Source of the DNA: a virus
Direction: 5' to 3' (one strand)
Length of the DNA: 64,000 nt
Virus record (IMG/VR): IMGVR_UViG_3300025319_000005
Span: 127,289-191,288 of that record
This document shows positions 28,821 to 40,021 of this stretch, piece by piece. Both the position numbers and the translations under genes were made by a program. The notes under the pieces were generated by a model. It did no database searches and was not told where the DNA came from. It was given only the letters and a program-made list of their open reading frames with translations. Each line of letters starts with the position of its first letter. The first letter of the stretch is position 1.

Positions 28821-31331
28821 TTATCTTTTAATTCTTGTGTTGAGAGGATTCATCAAAGTTTTTGTGTCAACTCCATCCTCAGGGTTTCTTATTTTTTTTT
28901 TGGTTTGATTTGAACTTTCTTGTGATTTTAATTGCTGTCTTACCCAATTTCTTCCAGCATTTCCGCCCCAAAGATTCCATTTTTGAATTAAAGGTGAATT
29001 ATTGATGTTTTTTCCAGCAGCAAGCTCTTGATTAACAGCCTGCTCATTGTTTGTAAAAAAAGCCTCCATTCTCTTTAATTGAGCATGCGTCATAAGCTCT
29101 GCATTAGATAAAGAATTGGCTTTTTGAATGCCGGAGCCTTCATTCGAGGCATCTGATTGAACAAGTTTATTATTTTGAACAGCTTGTAGTGCTTGTTGAG
29201 CCGTTTTAATAACATCACCAGATGGTTTAAATGTAGCTACTGTATTATCATTAGTGTCTGAATAACGAAAATTTCCACCTTCAAATAGGATTTTCCTAAT
29301 AGTTGCTCTTACTTTTTCTTCAAATAAACTTTTCATAGTAACATAATGTGCTAAATTTTCAAATGGAATAAAACCTTCCTTAACTCCTTTTTTTGTAAGT
29401 AATCTAATTTTAAATTTTCTGTTATGTATATTAGTCTCTAAAACTTCTATAAAATCACCATCTGGCATTTTAACAGAATTTCTTTCGCCATTTTTACTTA
29501 TAAATCCTAAATTTCTCAATATACGTCCTGCTTCTTCTGAGTTTTGCACAACTTCTGGAGTTGTTTGAAGTTGTTCCAAATCTTCTTCTAATAACCTCTC
29601 TATTTCTTCTTGCATATAGGATAAATCTTTTGGTTTCGGCCATATATTTTGCCAAGCATCATCTAATCCATATCCATGTGCTCCTGTAATTTTATTTACA
29701 TCAGAATCTTTTAAATCTTCAAAATCTTCAATAACATCATTTGAATTAAAGTTTTTTTCAGCAATGTATCTTAAAAGTTTTGTCCAAGGAAAAGTAATAA
29801 CATCAGTATTAAAATCTATTTTAAATCTTTGTTCTTTCCTTATCATTTTATCCCTTACTTTTGCAAATTCATCTGATTTTTTTTCATAAATTTCAGATAT
29901 ATATATTCTTTTTATATCTTCTGAATTTGGAAGAAATTCATTAATAAAATCCCAAATGCCTTCACCGTTATTACTTTCTTCGTCTATTGGTGTTTTTAAA
30001 AAATTTGATATTGTTTTTAATAATTTTTCATTTTGTTTTCCGAGCATATGGTAAGACATTTGTTTTTCTTCTCTACTTTCCCCTTCTTCTACTGCATAAT
30101 GATTTTCAACATAATAAAATGCACTTTCATCCTCATCTGAAAAACCTGCCCAATCTCTCCAATCATCACCAATATAAAGTTGAATTTCTTTATTATTAGC
30201 TTCAAAATTAGAATACATTTTTTTATCATTAAAATCACTGTATCCAAAAACGCTATGAGGCTCATCATAACCTCTCATTACTGCTATTATTTTCTGCATA
30301 AACATTGGTAATGATTTTATCTCTGCAGATTTTATTTTATAACCATTTGCTAATTTTGCTATAGGAGATAAATTTTTTATTTCTTCATCAGTTAAAGGAA
30401 TTTTGTGTTTTAATTTTAAATCAGGAGACATTTCTTTTATCTCTTCATCAGTTAAAGGAATTTTGAATTTTAATTTAGATTCAACAGGAATAGACATTAA
30501 TTGCTCTTGATTTATGTCGATACCTAATAAATATCTATTTAATGGTAATATTTTTATGTTAAACAATGAAGAAATAAGCTTTTTAAAATCGGGATACATT
30601 TTAATAGTTTGATTAATAGTATTATTGTGACCAAAATCAATATTTAATATTTCGCCCAATTTAGATATTAAATCAGCAGATTTCATTGCTGAATTTTTAT
30701 CTGGAACTTTATTAAAAGCACCTTGAAAATCGATTAATTCTTTTTTTGCTTTATCAAATTGAATAGCAATTTTCACAGAACCATCTTTATTAACAAGCAT
30801 ATAACCACCTTTACTTTTAACAAATTCTTTAGCTCTACCAATTTCAGAAAAACACCAACCCCTTTCTTCTCCCACTTTCATACAAAAGTTTTTATCTTTA
30901 ACAATAATCCATTTAGAACCATCTGGATAATTTATTACTGCTTTTCCTCCAGATATTTCTTTTAAAGTTAGAGGGTCTATATTTTTACTTTCAAACCACT
31001 TAACTGCAGTTTCGTAAACTTTATCAAATGGCATATTTGATGGAAATTTTGGAAAATTAGATTGATTAATCCAATTTATTATAACTTTTAATCTTGCATC
31101 GTTTATAATTTTTTCATTCAATTTTAATTCAGAAGCAAACCAAGGTATGTATTGGTTTTGTTGAATCAAATTTTCATCTTCAGGATTTTTTACTGTTTTT
31201 TTAGAAAACTGAATAACGGTATTAATTATATCTTCAGGAACCCTTTGAGAACGAAGTTTATCTATTCTATTCTCATTAAGTAAACCTGCGAGTGACATTA
31301 ATTTTGCTATATATTTTTCAGATAAATTCAT
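28821..31331 (-). CDS. Large putative virion protein
   Basis: LSEKYIAKLMSLAGLLNE tag; KIPLTDEEIK repeats; C-terminal WNLWGGNAGRNW. Confidence 0.7.
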   Translation of the reverse strand: MNLSEKYIAKLMSLAGLLNENRIDKLRSQRVPEDIINTVIQFSKKTVKNPEDENLIQQNQYIPWFASELKLNEKIINDARLKVIINWINQSNFPKFPSNMPFDKVYETAVKWFESKNIDPLTLKEISGGKAVINYPDGSKWIIVKDKNFCMKVGEERGWCFSEIGRAKEFVKSKGGYMLVNKDGSVKIAIQFDKAKKELIDFQGAFNKVPDKNSAMKSADLISKLGEILNIDFGHNNTINQTIKMYPDFKKLISSLFNIKILPLNRYLLGIDINQEQLMSIPVESKLKFKIPLTDEEIKEMSPDLKLKHKIPLTDEEIKNLSPIAKLANGYKIKSAEIKSLPMFMQKIIAVMRGYDEPHSVFGYSDFNDKKMYSNFEANNKEIQLYIGDDWRDWAGFSDEDESAFYYVENHYAVEEGESREEKQMSYHMLGKQNEKLLKTISNFLKTPIDEESNNGEGIWDFINEFLPNSEDIKRIYISEIYEKKSDEFAKVRDKMIRKEQRFKIDFNTDVITFPWTKLLRYIAEKNFNSNDVIEDFEDLKDSDVNKITGAHGYGLDDAWQNIWPKPKDLSYMQEEIERLLEEDLEQLQTTPEVVQNSEEAGRILRNLGFISKNGERNSVKMPDGDFIEVLETNIHNRKFKIRLLTKKGVKEGFIPFENLAHYVTMKSLFEEKVRATIRKILFEGGNFRYSDTNDNTVATFKPSGDVIKTAQQALQAVQNNKLVQSDASNEGSGIQKANSLSNAELMTHAQLKRMEAFFTNNEQAVNQELAAGKNINNSPLIQKWNLWGGNAGRNWVRQQLKSQESSNQTKKKIRNPEDGVDTKTLMNPLNTRIKR

Positions 31332-31345
31332 AGATAGTTAAATGA

Positions 31346-31804
31346 TTAATCGTTAACCATCTTTTTTAACATTGTTTTTATGTCTAATGGTTGCCTTGAA
31401 TTAAAACCCATATTATTTAAATTCCAATTAATTTCTTCATAAAATCCTAAATTATTAATAGGTGCACCTGAATCAATTGCTCTTTTTATGGCTAAACTTA
31501 AAGCCTCATTAGATTGAAGATAAGTATAATTTGGATTATACATTTTTACATTTTGTTCCGTGGTACTTGGCATGAATGTATTTACAGTCACCCCATTACT
31601 TGCATTATTAAGATTGGTTGCATTTTTTTGAGGATTTGTAATCCACTCATCTATTCTTGCAATCTCCTTAAGTCTGCCTGCTTCTTTTAAAATAGCACTT
31701 TTATCCACCTTATTTTCAGTGGTTTCTTTTAAAATCTCGTTTTTTTCTTCAAAAGACTTAACGAGTTTTTTCATCCTATCTTTTTCGCTTGTATTTTTGT
31801 TCAT
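31346..31804 (-). CDS. Putative virion protein
   Basis: EKDRMKKL / RLKEIARI tags. Confidence 0.6.
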   Translation of the reverse strand: MNKNTSEKDRMKKLVKSFEEKNEILKETTENKVDKSAILKEAGRLKEIARIDEWITNPQKNATNLNNASNGVTVNTFMPSTTEQNVKMYNPNYTYLQSNEALSLAIKRAIDSGAPINNLGFYEEINWNLNNMGFNSRQPLDIKTMLKKMVND

Positions 31805-31822
31805 TTTTTATGATTTTTATAA

Positions 31823-32311
31823 TTACCAACTTACGAATCCACTTATCGCTCCAGTATTAAAATTATCCCATCCTTTTGTTCTTGATTGATAATCTGATGT
31901 CGAATCTTTAGTAGATAACCCTATCATTCTGTCTGAATTTTTTGGCATGTCTTCATCTCCTATCAGCCCATTATATTCATCTACTATTTCTGACATAACT
32001 TTATTTACTGATTGCTGGTGATGTTTTAAAAACCAAACCACAAAACCATATGTTGGATTTTCATCATCTTCTTGGCTTGTTCTTAGCCATTTAAAAAAGT
32101 TAATAGATTTTGTTTTAAATTGTGCATTTCTATTATCTTTTGTAGTGAAATCAATAATTATCACACCCTTCTCTGGTTTAATTTGTACATTAGAAACAGA
32201 ACTAATATTATCAGGTGAAAATTTAGGTATTTCATTTCCTGTATCTTCTGATTCTAAAATTATATTTGAAAGCCAGGATTTAACACTAAGTTTCTTATTA
32301 AGTTTTTTCAT
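31823..32311 (-). CDS. Putative virion protein
   Basis: CTATTTA upstream; ILE site. Confidence 0.6.
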   Translation of the reverse strand: MKKLNKKLSVKSWLSNIILESEDTGNEIPKFSPDNISSVSNVQIKPEKGVIIIDFTTKDNRNAQFKTKSINFFKWLRTSQEDDENPTYGFVVWFLKHHQQSVNKVMSEIVDEYNGLIGDEDMPKNSDRMIGLSTKDSTSDYQSRTKGWDNFNTGAISGFVSW

Positions 32312-32359
32312 TACAAACTACGATTTAAGATTAAATAGTCTGTAATAACTTAAAAATGT

Positions 32360-32854
32360 TTAAAACTTCTTCATATAATATTGAATATTGGGAGCTATTT
32401 TAAGATCAAAAAGAGGAGCATTGGAAATTGTTAATGTTTTTTCAAATTCAGGAATTGATTCTTTAATGTCTTTTTTGATTGTTTTCCATCTTTCTACTAC
32501 GAATTTTCCAAAATCAGATACAGAAATATTGTTTTTTATCAAAGTTATTTGTTTTTCCTTATCTGGCATGTTATACTGAACACATTCATCGGTATTTGAA
32601 TCAAAAACTGTTACAAAACTTTCTCCAGACATAAATTTTTGTTTTAATTTAATTTTTGATTTAAATGTTATAAGTTGTTTAGTGTCTGTTGTTCTATCAA
32701 ATCTTATTAAAGTTTTATCTTTTATTATAAAATAAGAAATTACTTTATCAGCCTTATTAAGTTCTATATAATTGTAAAGTTCGTTTTGCTGATTGTATTT
32801 GAAAATATATTTATTATTATTTTTTGGCATATATTTGGTATTTTTATAAAACAA
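32360..32854 (-). CDS. Hypothetical protein
   Basis: ORF of about 160 aa. Confidence 0.55.
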   Translation of the reverse strand: MFYKNTKYMPKNNNKYIFKYNQQNELYNYIELNKADKVISYFIIKDKTLIRFDRTTDTKQLITFKSKIKLKQKFMSGESFVTVFDSNTDECVQYNMPDKEKQITLIKNNISVSDFGKFVVERWKTIKKDIKESIPEFEKTLTISNAPLFDLKIAPNIQYYMKKF

Positions 32855-33021
32855 ACGAGTTTAGATGAGATTGGAAATAGTTAATAATTATTTGTTCTGC
32901 TTTTCTAAGTTTTTTTAAAAAAATTATAATTGTGAATGCGAATTTAAAGTTCACAAGATGATTCTGATGACACTATAATTGATGTTTTACTTGATAAAAT
33001 ATATTTAGAACATAAGAATAA

Positions 33022-33978
33022 TTATTCCTTAAATATTTTAAAATATAGCTCTTCTATAGTTATGGAACATTTTTTATATTTCGAAGAATTTTTTCTCCAT
33101 GTAATAAATTCAAGATTAGCAATATGCCCTATAACTTCAGGAGGAATATTGTTTCTGAAGCCCTCTGAAATTGAATATTTATGATCTAAATGATAAGCTC
33201 CTTCAGTTCTATAATTTCCTCTTTTCTCATGATGAATAAGTGAACGTATTGGTTGTTTTTCTGTAATTGATTTGACTTTTCTATAATATTTTTGTCTTTC
33301 AGATAATGTTTTTTCATATTCCTCATAATTTAATCCTGTACGTTTAACAAAATCACATTCTGGACATCCTTGTTCGTGTCCTGTGTGTGCAAGTGGAATT
33401 TGAAGGAAGTCACCATGTTCTTTACAGGTTATAAATCCTTTTGTGTGATTATTAATATATATAAAATTTACATATGTATATTTATTTTTATGAATTGCAT
33501 TTGAATCGTTTACAAACTTTTCATGTGTACCTCTTTGAGAGTTGCCTTTTTTTATTATTCCACATTCTGGACATCCTTGTTCTTGATTTAAATGAGCATC
33601 TGGAGTTTGTGAAAAACCTCCATGACTTGGACAAGTTATAATTCCTTTTGTGAAAGCATCAATATATATAAATTTATCGTATATATAAAAAGAATCATGA
33701 ACATCATTTCCTTCTTTAACAAATGTTTCTTTTGTTTTTCTACATCTATCTCCAACTAATTCATTTGCACATTTTTTACATCCATGAATACTCAAATGAT
33801 TTCTTGGTAGTTGAGAAAAATCTCCGTGTTTTTCACAAGTAATTATAATATGCGTATCCCAATTAACAAATATTGATTTAGGGTATGTATACAATTTATT
33901 ATGAATATCATTTGCTCTTTCAATAAATGTTTCTGTTGTTATTTTTTCAATAACCAAACCGTTGTTATTCTTTAACAT
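33022..33978 (-). CDS. Homing endonuclease-like protein (DUF723-type Zn repeats + HNH-like C-terminus)
   Basis: Three ITC..HG.F.Q.P..H...GC..C repeats; HLDHKYS..NL. Confidence 0.8.
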   Translation of the reverse strand: MLKNNNGLVIEKITTETFIERANDIHNKLYTYPKSIFVNWDTHIIITCEKHGDFSQLPRNHLSIHGCKKCANELVGDRCRKTKETFVKEGNDVHDSFYIYDKFIYIDAFTKGIITCPSHGGFSQTPDAHLNQEQGCPECGIIKKGNSQRGTHEKFVNDSNAIHKNKYTYVNFIYINNHTKGFITCKEHGDFLQIPLAHTGHEQGCPECDFVKRTGLNYEEYEKTLSERQKYYRKVKSITEKQPIRSLIHHEKRGNYRTEGAYHLDHKYSISEGFRNNIPPEVIGHIANLEFITWRKNSSKYKKCSITIEELYFKIFKE

Positions 33979-34156
33979 TTTTTATAAATTTTTTTTCAAG
34001 TATTTCACGTATGACTTCTGCTACGCTTATAAAGTTGTTTTTTTCAGAAGACCTTTTTATTGCTTCTCTTTTTAATTCTTCATGAAGCTCTTTTGACATT
34101 CTCATATTTAATTGAAAATTTTTTTTCATTGTTTTACAAGCTTTAGTGTTATACAA
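33965..34156 (-). CDS. Ribbon-helix-helix DNA-binding protein
   Basis: QLNMRMSKELHEELKREA..SVAEVIREIL. Confidence 0.65.
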   Translation of the reverse strand: MYNTKACKTMKKNFQLNMRMSKELHEELKREAIKRSSEKNNFISVAEVIREILEKKFIKNVKE

Positions 34157-34252
34157 ACATAAATAGTATAGAAAAAATGTAAACTCTTATTTAATTGTAA
34201 TTAAGTGTTTATTTTTACTCATTAATTATTTATTTTTAAAAATAAAACAACA

Positions 34253-35170
34253 ATGCGTAAATTCAACATTATCGGAGGCATGCCTAGATGTGGCACAACT
34301 TTAGCTGGACAAATTTTAAATTCTAATCCGAATTTTCATGTGACACCAACTTCTTCAATTTTGGATTCATTAAAGAATATAAGAAGCACATTTAGTCACA
34401 ACCCAACTTGGAAGGCTCAAGATAGATTAAAGCTTATGCCAAATATTAGAGCTTCTATGAAGGGGTTTTTAAATGGATTTTTTGAAAATGAAAATGTTGT
34501 GTTTGACAAAAACAGAGGTTGGTCAAATAATATTTCTTTATTAGATGATGTTCTTGGAAATAATGACACAAAAATAATCTGGTTTTATAGAAATCCTGTT
34601 GAAATTATTTCTTCCATAGAAAGCCAACACAACAAGACAATACTTTTAGAAAACACTGATGAAGCTACTATTCCAGGAATGTTTATGTCGCTCGACCGGC
34701 GCATAGGAACGTATACAAATGAAGATGGATTAGTTGGACACCCAGTTGCCACATTGAAAGACGCGATTGAGATGGGATATCTTTCAAGAATTTTATTTGT
34801 AAAATACTATGATTTAACTAATAACACACAATTTGTTATGAACGCTATTCATCAATTTATAGGAGAAGATTTCTATGAATATGATTTAAAAAATGTTAAA
34901 CAAACAACATATGAATTTGACGGGACTTATAATTATAAATTTCCACACACAATAAAAGAAGGAGAGATAAAATGGAAAAAAGCAGATATGACTCTTCCTA
35001 TGAAATATATACAAGCAATAAATGAAAGATTTTCCACTCTTAATAAATTAATTTTTGAAGGTGATGTATCTGAATTTGCTGGAGAAGAATTTTCTTCACA
35101 TCAATTAAATATTGTTATGCCACCAACACAACAAAATTCGGTTATAGAACAAAATCCTTTTCAAATATAA
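34253..35170 (+). CDS. Sulfotransferase family protein
   Basis: GGMPRCGTTL 5'-PSB motif; FDKNRGW; RNPVEIISS; VKYYDL. Confidence 0.85.
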   Translation: MRKFNIIGGMPRCGTTLAGQILNSNPNFHVTPTSSILDSLKNIRSTFSHNPTWKAQDRLKLMPNIRASMKGFLNGFFENENVVFDKNRGWSNNISLLDDVLGNNDTKIIWFYRNPVEIISSIESQHNKTILLENTDEATIPGMFMSLDRRIGTYTNEDGLVGHPVATLKDAIEMGYLSRILFVKYYDLTNNTQFVMNAIHQFIGEDFYEYDLKNVKQTTYEFDGTYNYKFPHTIKEGEIKWKKADMTLPMKYIQAINERFSTLNKLIFEGDVSEFAGEEFSSHQLNIVMPPTQQNSVIEQNPFQI

Positions 35171-35173
35171 TGT

Positions 35174-37285
35174 TTACAAATTATCATTATTATTTTGTAA
35201 ATTCCTTATGAATTCAATAGGATTAACTCCTCCCAAATCTTCAATACGTTGAATGTTTTGAATGAAATTATCTAAATTTAATTCAGATTCATTTCCTCTC
35301 GAAGTAGAAAGTCTTAAATCTGCAAGCTCTTTATAAGAAATTTCTTTTTCTTGTAAAAATTCCATTATATTAGTTTTAAATCGGTCAGAACCTTGTCTAT
35401 TGCAAGTTGCTTTAACTTGGTCAAATTCTAATTTTCCATATTTATCAGCTTTCAATCCAAGCATAAATTTTTCAGGTTCCCCTCCCTCTCTTTTTTCGTC
35501 AATATCTTCTACTATGCATAACACATATTGAGAATTAGAAACTCTATTTACATATGAGCCGGCACAATTTTTCATGTCCTGCGAAGCCTTAAGGAGTAAT
35601 TCTGGTGTTCTTATCAATCTTACTTTTAAGTTTTTTTCATATTCTTCAAGAATTTTATATTGTGAAACAAAACTTACAAATTCTTTATTTTTAGCATCAT
35701 TAGAAAGTAAATTAAAATGGTCAATTAATTTATTATGATATTCTTCTAATTCCTCTATTTTTTTTATTTTGTGGAATTCTTTATTTGAATCCCAGTTGAG
35801 CGCTCTAATCATTCTAAGACTATCGTCGTAACTCGTCAAATCAAAACTCTTCAATAAAGTATAATCTAAAGGTATTTTTGACAATTCTTCCTCATTTACT
35901 TCTTGAATTTGTTCTGTGTCTTTAATTAAAAATCTTTCTCTGGCATATTTCAATTCAGTATTAGTTTTATTAAAAGAAAATAGTTTTTTTCTTTCTAAAG
36001 AACTTAAGGCCAACGAAATTATTTGATTAATTTTAAGCATATTCATATCTGCTCTAAATTCTAAGCTATACCATAAATTAACTAATAAATTAACATTATT
36101 TTTTTTAACAAGTTCTATAAGTTCATTAAATGAAATGAATTTAGTATATTTTATTAAAATTTTATAATCAGAAAATCTTTCTATTATATTAAAAACATAT
36201 GGGGAAACACTTTTTTCTTTTATGTCTTCACGCAAAAATCTTTCACCATCTTTATTTTTTCCTGTTTGATTTTCATTGTTGTTAAATCTGGAAGCATCAA
36301 ACTTAAACGTTACCTCTCTTCCGCTTTCAGCCTTAAATACATAACCCATTTTTTCAGAATCATAAGCATCTAATTCTTTGCTTATTTCTTCGTTTTTATA
36401 ATTTACAAGATAATTGAAAATTTTAAGAGGAGATGTTGCTCCATTATCTGATAACTCTTGTGGATTAGGAAGTTTGCAATCATTCATCATATCAAAAAGA
36501 AATATAGTTCCTTTTGTTAATGCTATTGTAGATAAGTTTGAATAGCAAATTATTCCAAAAAATATTGAGGCTACTTTTATAATAATGTCCAGTCCTGATT
36601 TACCGACCATTTGACTCATTAATTCATCTATTATATTTATGTTCTGTGAATCGGATACAAAATTAGCCATTCTATTTATAAATAAATGAACATCAAATAA
36701 TCGTTCAGTTGTCTTTACTTCTCCATAAAGAAAAAACTCTAAAACAATTGACATCACCCTATCAAGATTAAATTCAATTTCTTCCTTGCTGAAATCTTTA
36801 AAATAAAGTTTTTTGGCAGTTTTATCAAATTTTATCCAAGATAAACTTTCATTTAATTCTAAAGAAGGTTCATCTTTTGAAATGACGAAAGGCATTGACC
36901 TTTTTTTATCAAAATTTATTTTTGCTATAAATCTTTGTTTTATTAATTTAACATCATTTTCATCTTCATAAAAACAATATGACTCAAAAAATTGTTTTTC
37001 ACATTCTTGAATAATTCCAGCCGTTTCCTTAGTTGAATAATCTGTATCGCATTTTTCGCATTTAAGAGAAAATCTGGCCATACTATTCTCATCGAATAAA
37101 CCTGTAATATCACCTATATCAGCTCCTTCTTTTATACTTACTTTCATTTCTGAGGCTACGACCTTTCTATCTTGTTTGATTAAATGGCCACATTTACAAA
37201 AAAATAAATCTGTATCATTTTTTGCGTCATCATAATGAAAAGTAAACTTATTTAATATTTCTTCTTCTTTGATTAATTCTCTCAT
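35174..37285 (-). CDS. Large PcfJ-like domain protein
   Basis: N-terminal FCKCG..CEKC; C-terminal MKNCAGSY..QVKATCN; paralog of 7066-9273. Confidence 0.7.
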   Translation of the reverse strand: MRELIKEEEILNKFTFHYDDAKNDTDLFFCKCGHLIKQDRKVVASEMKVSIKEGADIGDITGLFDENSMARFSLKCEKCDTDYSTKETAGIIQECEKQFFESYCFYEDENDVKLIKQRFIAKINFDKKRSMPFVISKDEPSLELNESLSWIKFDKTAKKLYFKDFSKEEIEFNLDRVMSIVLEFFLYGEVKTTERLFDVHLFINRMANFVSDSQNINIIDELMSQMVGKSGLDIIIKVASIFFGIICYSNLSTIALTKGTIFLFDMMNDCKLPNPQELSDNGATSPLKIFNYLVNYKNEEISKELDAYDSEKMGYVFKAESGREVTFKFDASRFNNNENQTGKNKDGERFLREDIKEKSVSPYVFNIIERFSDYKILIKYTKFISFNELIELVKKNNVNLLVNLWYSLEFRADMNMLKINQIISLALSSLERKKLFSFNKTNTELKYARERFLIKDTEQIQEVNEEELSKIPLDYTLLKSFDLTSYDDSLRMIRALNWDSNKEFHKIKKIEELEEYHNKLIDHFNLLSNDAKNKEFVSFVSQYKILEEYEKNLKVRLIRTPELLLKASQDMKNCAGSYVNRVSNSQYVLCIVEDIDEKREGGEPEKFMLGLKADKYGKLEFDQVKATCNRQGSDRFKTNIMEFLQEKEISYKELADLRLSTSRGNESELNLDNFIQNIQRIEDLGGVNPIEFIRNLQNNNDNL

Positions 37286-37390
37286 TTTTTGGATTGTTAT
37301 TGTTCGCTTTTCAAATTTAAATCAAATAAAGTTAAAAAACAAAAATCCGGACAGTAATACCATCCGGATTTCTAAATAAAAATTATTTTT

Positions 37391-38188
37391 TTATAAATTT
37401 TTCAACTCTTCGTTTATTTTTTTAAGCTCTTCTTCTAACATAGATTTTTTTGCCATTTTACGAGCTTCTCTTCTGACTGTTTCGATTAATTCTTTTCTGG
37501 TATAGCTTTCTTTAAGTTCTACCTGAAGAGCTTCTTTAGGAGCATCTTTTGGCTCCCCATCTTGATTGCTGTTACCTTGATCGGTTTCTATACCTTTCAT
37601 AATAGGTGCTTCATCTTTTACAACAGGAGCCTTTTCTTTCACAACGGCTTTAGCTTGACCAGCAGTAACACCTTTTCCACCTTTTGCAGCACCTGCCTCA
37701 ACATATGTTTTTGTTTCTTTATCCGTAAGACCATCCATTGTATTCATTTCTTCTTTGTTTTTTTCAACAAATGGTGCAGAAACTTCTTTTTTTGGATTTT
37801 CTTTTTTGGATTCAAAAGTTGCGTTGTGTTGACCAGCAGTAACACCTTTTCCGCCTTTTTCTGTGCCGGCTTTTACACTGACAGCGGTAGCAGCTTTTTG
37901 GTCACTACCTAAATTTTTAGCAGTTGAATTTAGTTTCACATCTGCCGGAGCAACTGATGGAGCTTTCCCTGTTTTAGATTCTGAATTTTTTGTGCTTTTA
38001 AAAACAAGAGCCTTATTAGAGTCTCCAAGACCATCATTTTTATTCATTTTTTGATCGATTGGACTCCCGAGAGATTTAATCTTTGCAGGTTGTTCTTTTT
38101 CTTCTGATAATTGTTTTTGGATATTTTTTGCTTCTGCAAGAACCATTTTTTTAAAATCTTCTGCAGTGATTTTTTTTATATTTGCCAT
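37391..38188 (-). CDS. Low-complexity putative head/scaffold-like protein
   Basis: KGGKGVTAGQ repeat; LKE sites. Confidence 0.6.
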   Translation of the reverse strand: MANIKKITAEDFKKMVLAEAKNIQKQLSEEKEQPAKIKSLGSPIDQKMNKNDGLGDSNKALVFKSTKNSESKTGKAPSVAPADVKLNSTAKNLGSDQKAATAVSVKAGTEKGGKGVTAGQHNATFESKKENPKKEVSAPFVEKNKEEMNTMDGLTDKETKTYVEAGAAKGGKGVTAGQAKAVVKEKAPVVKDEAPIMKGIETDQGNSNQDGEPKDAPKEALQVELKESYTRKELIETVRREARKMAKKSMLEEELKKINEELKNL

Positions 38189-38248
38189 TTTTTCTATTGT
38201 TTTAGAATAAATATAGCGTGAAAAAAGGAAAATCAAGAATTTAAAGTG

Positions 38249-38740
38249 TTATTTAATCCATGGAAAATCTTTTCTGAACAATACTTTTGTTTTTTCATTT
38301 CTGTTTAAATCACTTTCTGTTATTTCTTTAAAATATTCTTCGGCAGTTTTTTTAAGAAGGACTATTTTATGCGTATCTAAATCCTCTTTAATAAAAGCAG
38401 TACTTCTATTTCTTCTAAGTAATTCATATTGTTGATATATTGAATTAACTAAAACAGCCCAATTATTTTTAACTACTAAATCGAAATGCTTTAAAGCATG
38501 GCACGCTTCACACAAAAGAATAAACTCTGCAGTATCATGTTCAGTTCCATTCCACCATTGTAAATGTGCTTGTAATGACTCTTTATCGCCATTAGTGTAT
38601 CCACAACCAAGACATGTATCTGAGCCGTTTTCAAAAACATCTTTTATAATTTCATTATATTTTTCTCTGCCTCCAGGTAGTGATTTTAAAAATTCCTTTT
38701 CAGAAGGAGAAATTGACGGTATTAACTTAAAATGTTTCAT
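38249..38740 (-). CDS. HNH-fold protein
   Basis: CLGCG..LQAH..LCEACHALKH. Confidence 0.6.
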   Translation of the reverse strand: MKHFKLIPSISPSEKEFLKSLPGGREKYNEIIKDVFENGSDTCLGCGYTNGDKESLQAHLQWWNGTEHDTAEFILLCEACHALKHFDLVVKNNWAVLVNSIYQQYELLRRNRSTAFIKEDLDTHKIVLLKKTAEEYFKEITESDLNRNEKTKVLFRKDFPWIK

Positions 38741-38774
38741 ATTTGGATATTAACCAAACAAAGATAGTAAAATA

Positions 38775-39356
38775 TTAGCTTTTAACAAAACCAACCTTAA
38801 TATTATTATTAACAAACATAAAATAACAATTTTTTCCAGAATGTTTTAAACCGGTTGCTCTATAATTGAAAAACTTAGCATCTTTTCCTGAATAATTTTC
38901 AACATAAGAATTAGCTATTTCTTCGTTTTTCATATTAAATTCAAACTCTTGTCTTGATATCGCTTTAATATTATCTTTGTTTTTAAGGCACATAAAATAT
39001 GCGTAATTTTTATCGTCATATGAAGAATATGACCTTACCATAAGAAGCTTTCCTGATATATCTAATTCTTCCGGCCTGAAATAAAATTGCTCAAGATGTT
39101 TTTCACATTTTTCTAAAATACCTACCATCATAGTAAATACCTCTGGAAGCTCTATTTTTCTCTCTTTCCATAAATTTTCAATATTTATAACCATATTATA
39201 CGCTTCGTCGTTCTGACTAATCCCATAAGCAAAATGAGGGTCAAATTTTAGAGATTTTTCAAAAGCATGTATTCTGAAAACGTCAATTCTTTTTTCGTTT
39301 GATACTATAATAGTTCGTATAAGATTTTCTTTCATTTCATTTAAATATGCATCCAT
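38775..39356 (-). CDS. Hypothetical protein
   Basis: 193-aa ORF with TAnnTTTG upstream. Confidence 0.6.
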   Translation of the reverse strand: MDAYLNEMKENLIRTIIVSNEKRIDVFRIHAFEKSLKFDPHFAYGISQNDEAYNMVINIENLWKERKIELPEVFTMMVGILEKCEKHLEQFYFRPEELDISGKLLMVRSYSSYDDKNYAYFMCLKNKDNIKAISRQEFEFNMKNEEIANSYVENYSGKDAKFFNYRATGLKHSGKNCYFMFVNNNIKVGFVKS

Positions 39357-39449
39357 AGTTCAAAATTAACATCAATTTTAAAATAGTGAACGGAAATTTG
39401 TTTTTTCTTAGTATTTATAAGAAAATATCTAAGATAAAATACATAAACA

Positions 39450-39971
39450 ATGGAAAAGAAAATCATAAAAATATCAGCAAAGCAACTTCAAACAATAATT
39501 TCCGAAGAAGCGTCAAGATATAAAAAAGTTTTAGAACTTAAAAGAAAACAAAAATCAATTATATCCCAACTAAATGAAATGTATGAGGCTCAAGAACTTC
39601 AAGAGTTGATGGGTGGAGAAATTAATGTTGATGAGGGATTTAAAGAGATACTTCAAAAAGCTAAAAAAGCTATAGGAATGCAAACTCCAGAGGAAAAAAG
39701 AGAAGCAGCGTTAGCAAAAATAAATTCAAACAAAAATTTAAAGGCTAAATATGCAGAAGCATTATCGATAAGCTCAGAAAGAGGAGAAGCTTATATTAAG
39801 TATTGGGAAAAATGGCCAAATAGCAACGAAGGTGCAGAATGGGATGAAGCTCAAAAAAATTATGTACCATTATCTGATGTTGGACTTTCTAATAGACCTT
39901 TAGCTCAAAGACTTGGAGCAGGAACAAGCTCTATGACTACTGGTGGCGGAGCTGGTGCTGTTAAAAAATAA
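39450..39971 (+). CDS. Putative virion protein
   Basis: KIIKISAKQLQTIISEE tag; TATTTAT upstream. Confidence 0.6.
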   Translation: MEKKIIKISAKQLQTIISEEASRYKKVLELKRKQKSIISQLNEMYEAQELQELMGGEINVDEGFKEILQKAKKAIGMQTPEEKREAALAKINSNKNLKAKYAEALSISSERGEAYIKYWEKWPNSNEGAEWDEAQKNYVPLSDVGLSNRPLAQRLGAGTSSMTTGGGAGAVKK

Positions 39972-39992
39972 ACATATAAATATTTAAACATT

Positions 39993-40018
39993 AGAAAAGA
40001 CTCCTCGGAGTCTTTTCT
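39993..40018. terminator. Bidirectional intrinsic terminator
   Basis: AGAAAAGACTCC-TC-GGAGTCTTTTCT between convergent genes. Confidence 0.75.
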
Positions 40019-40021
40019 GTT

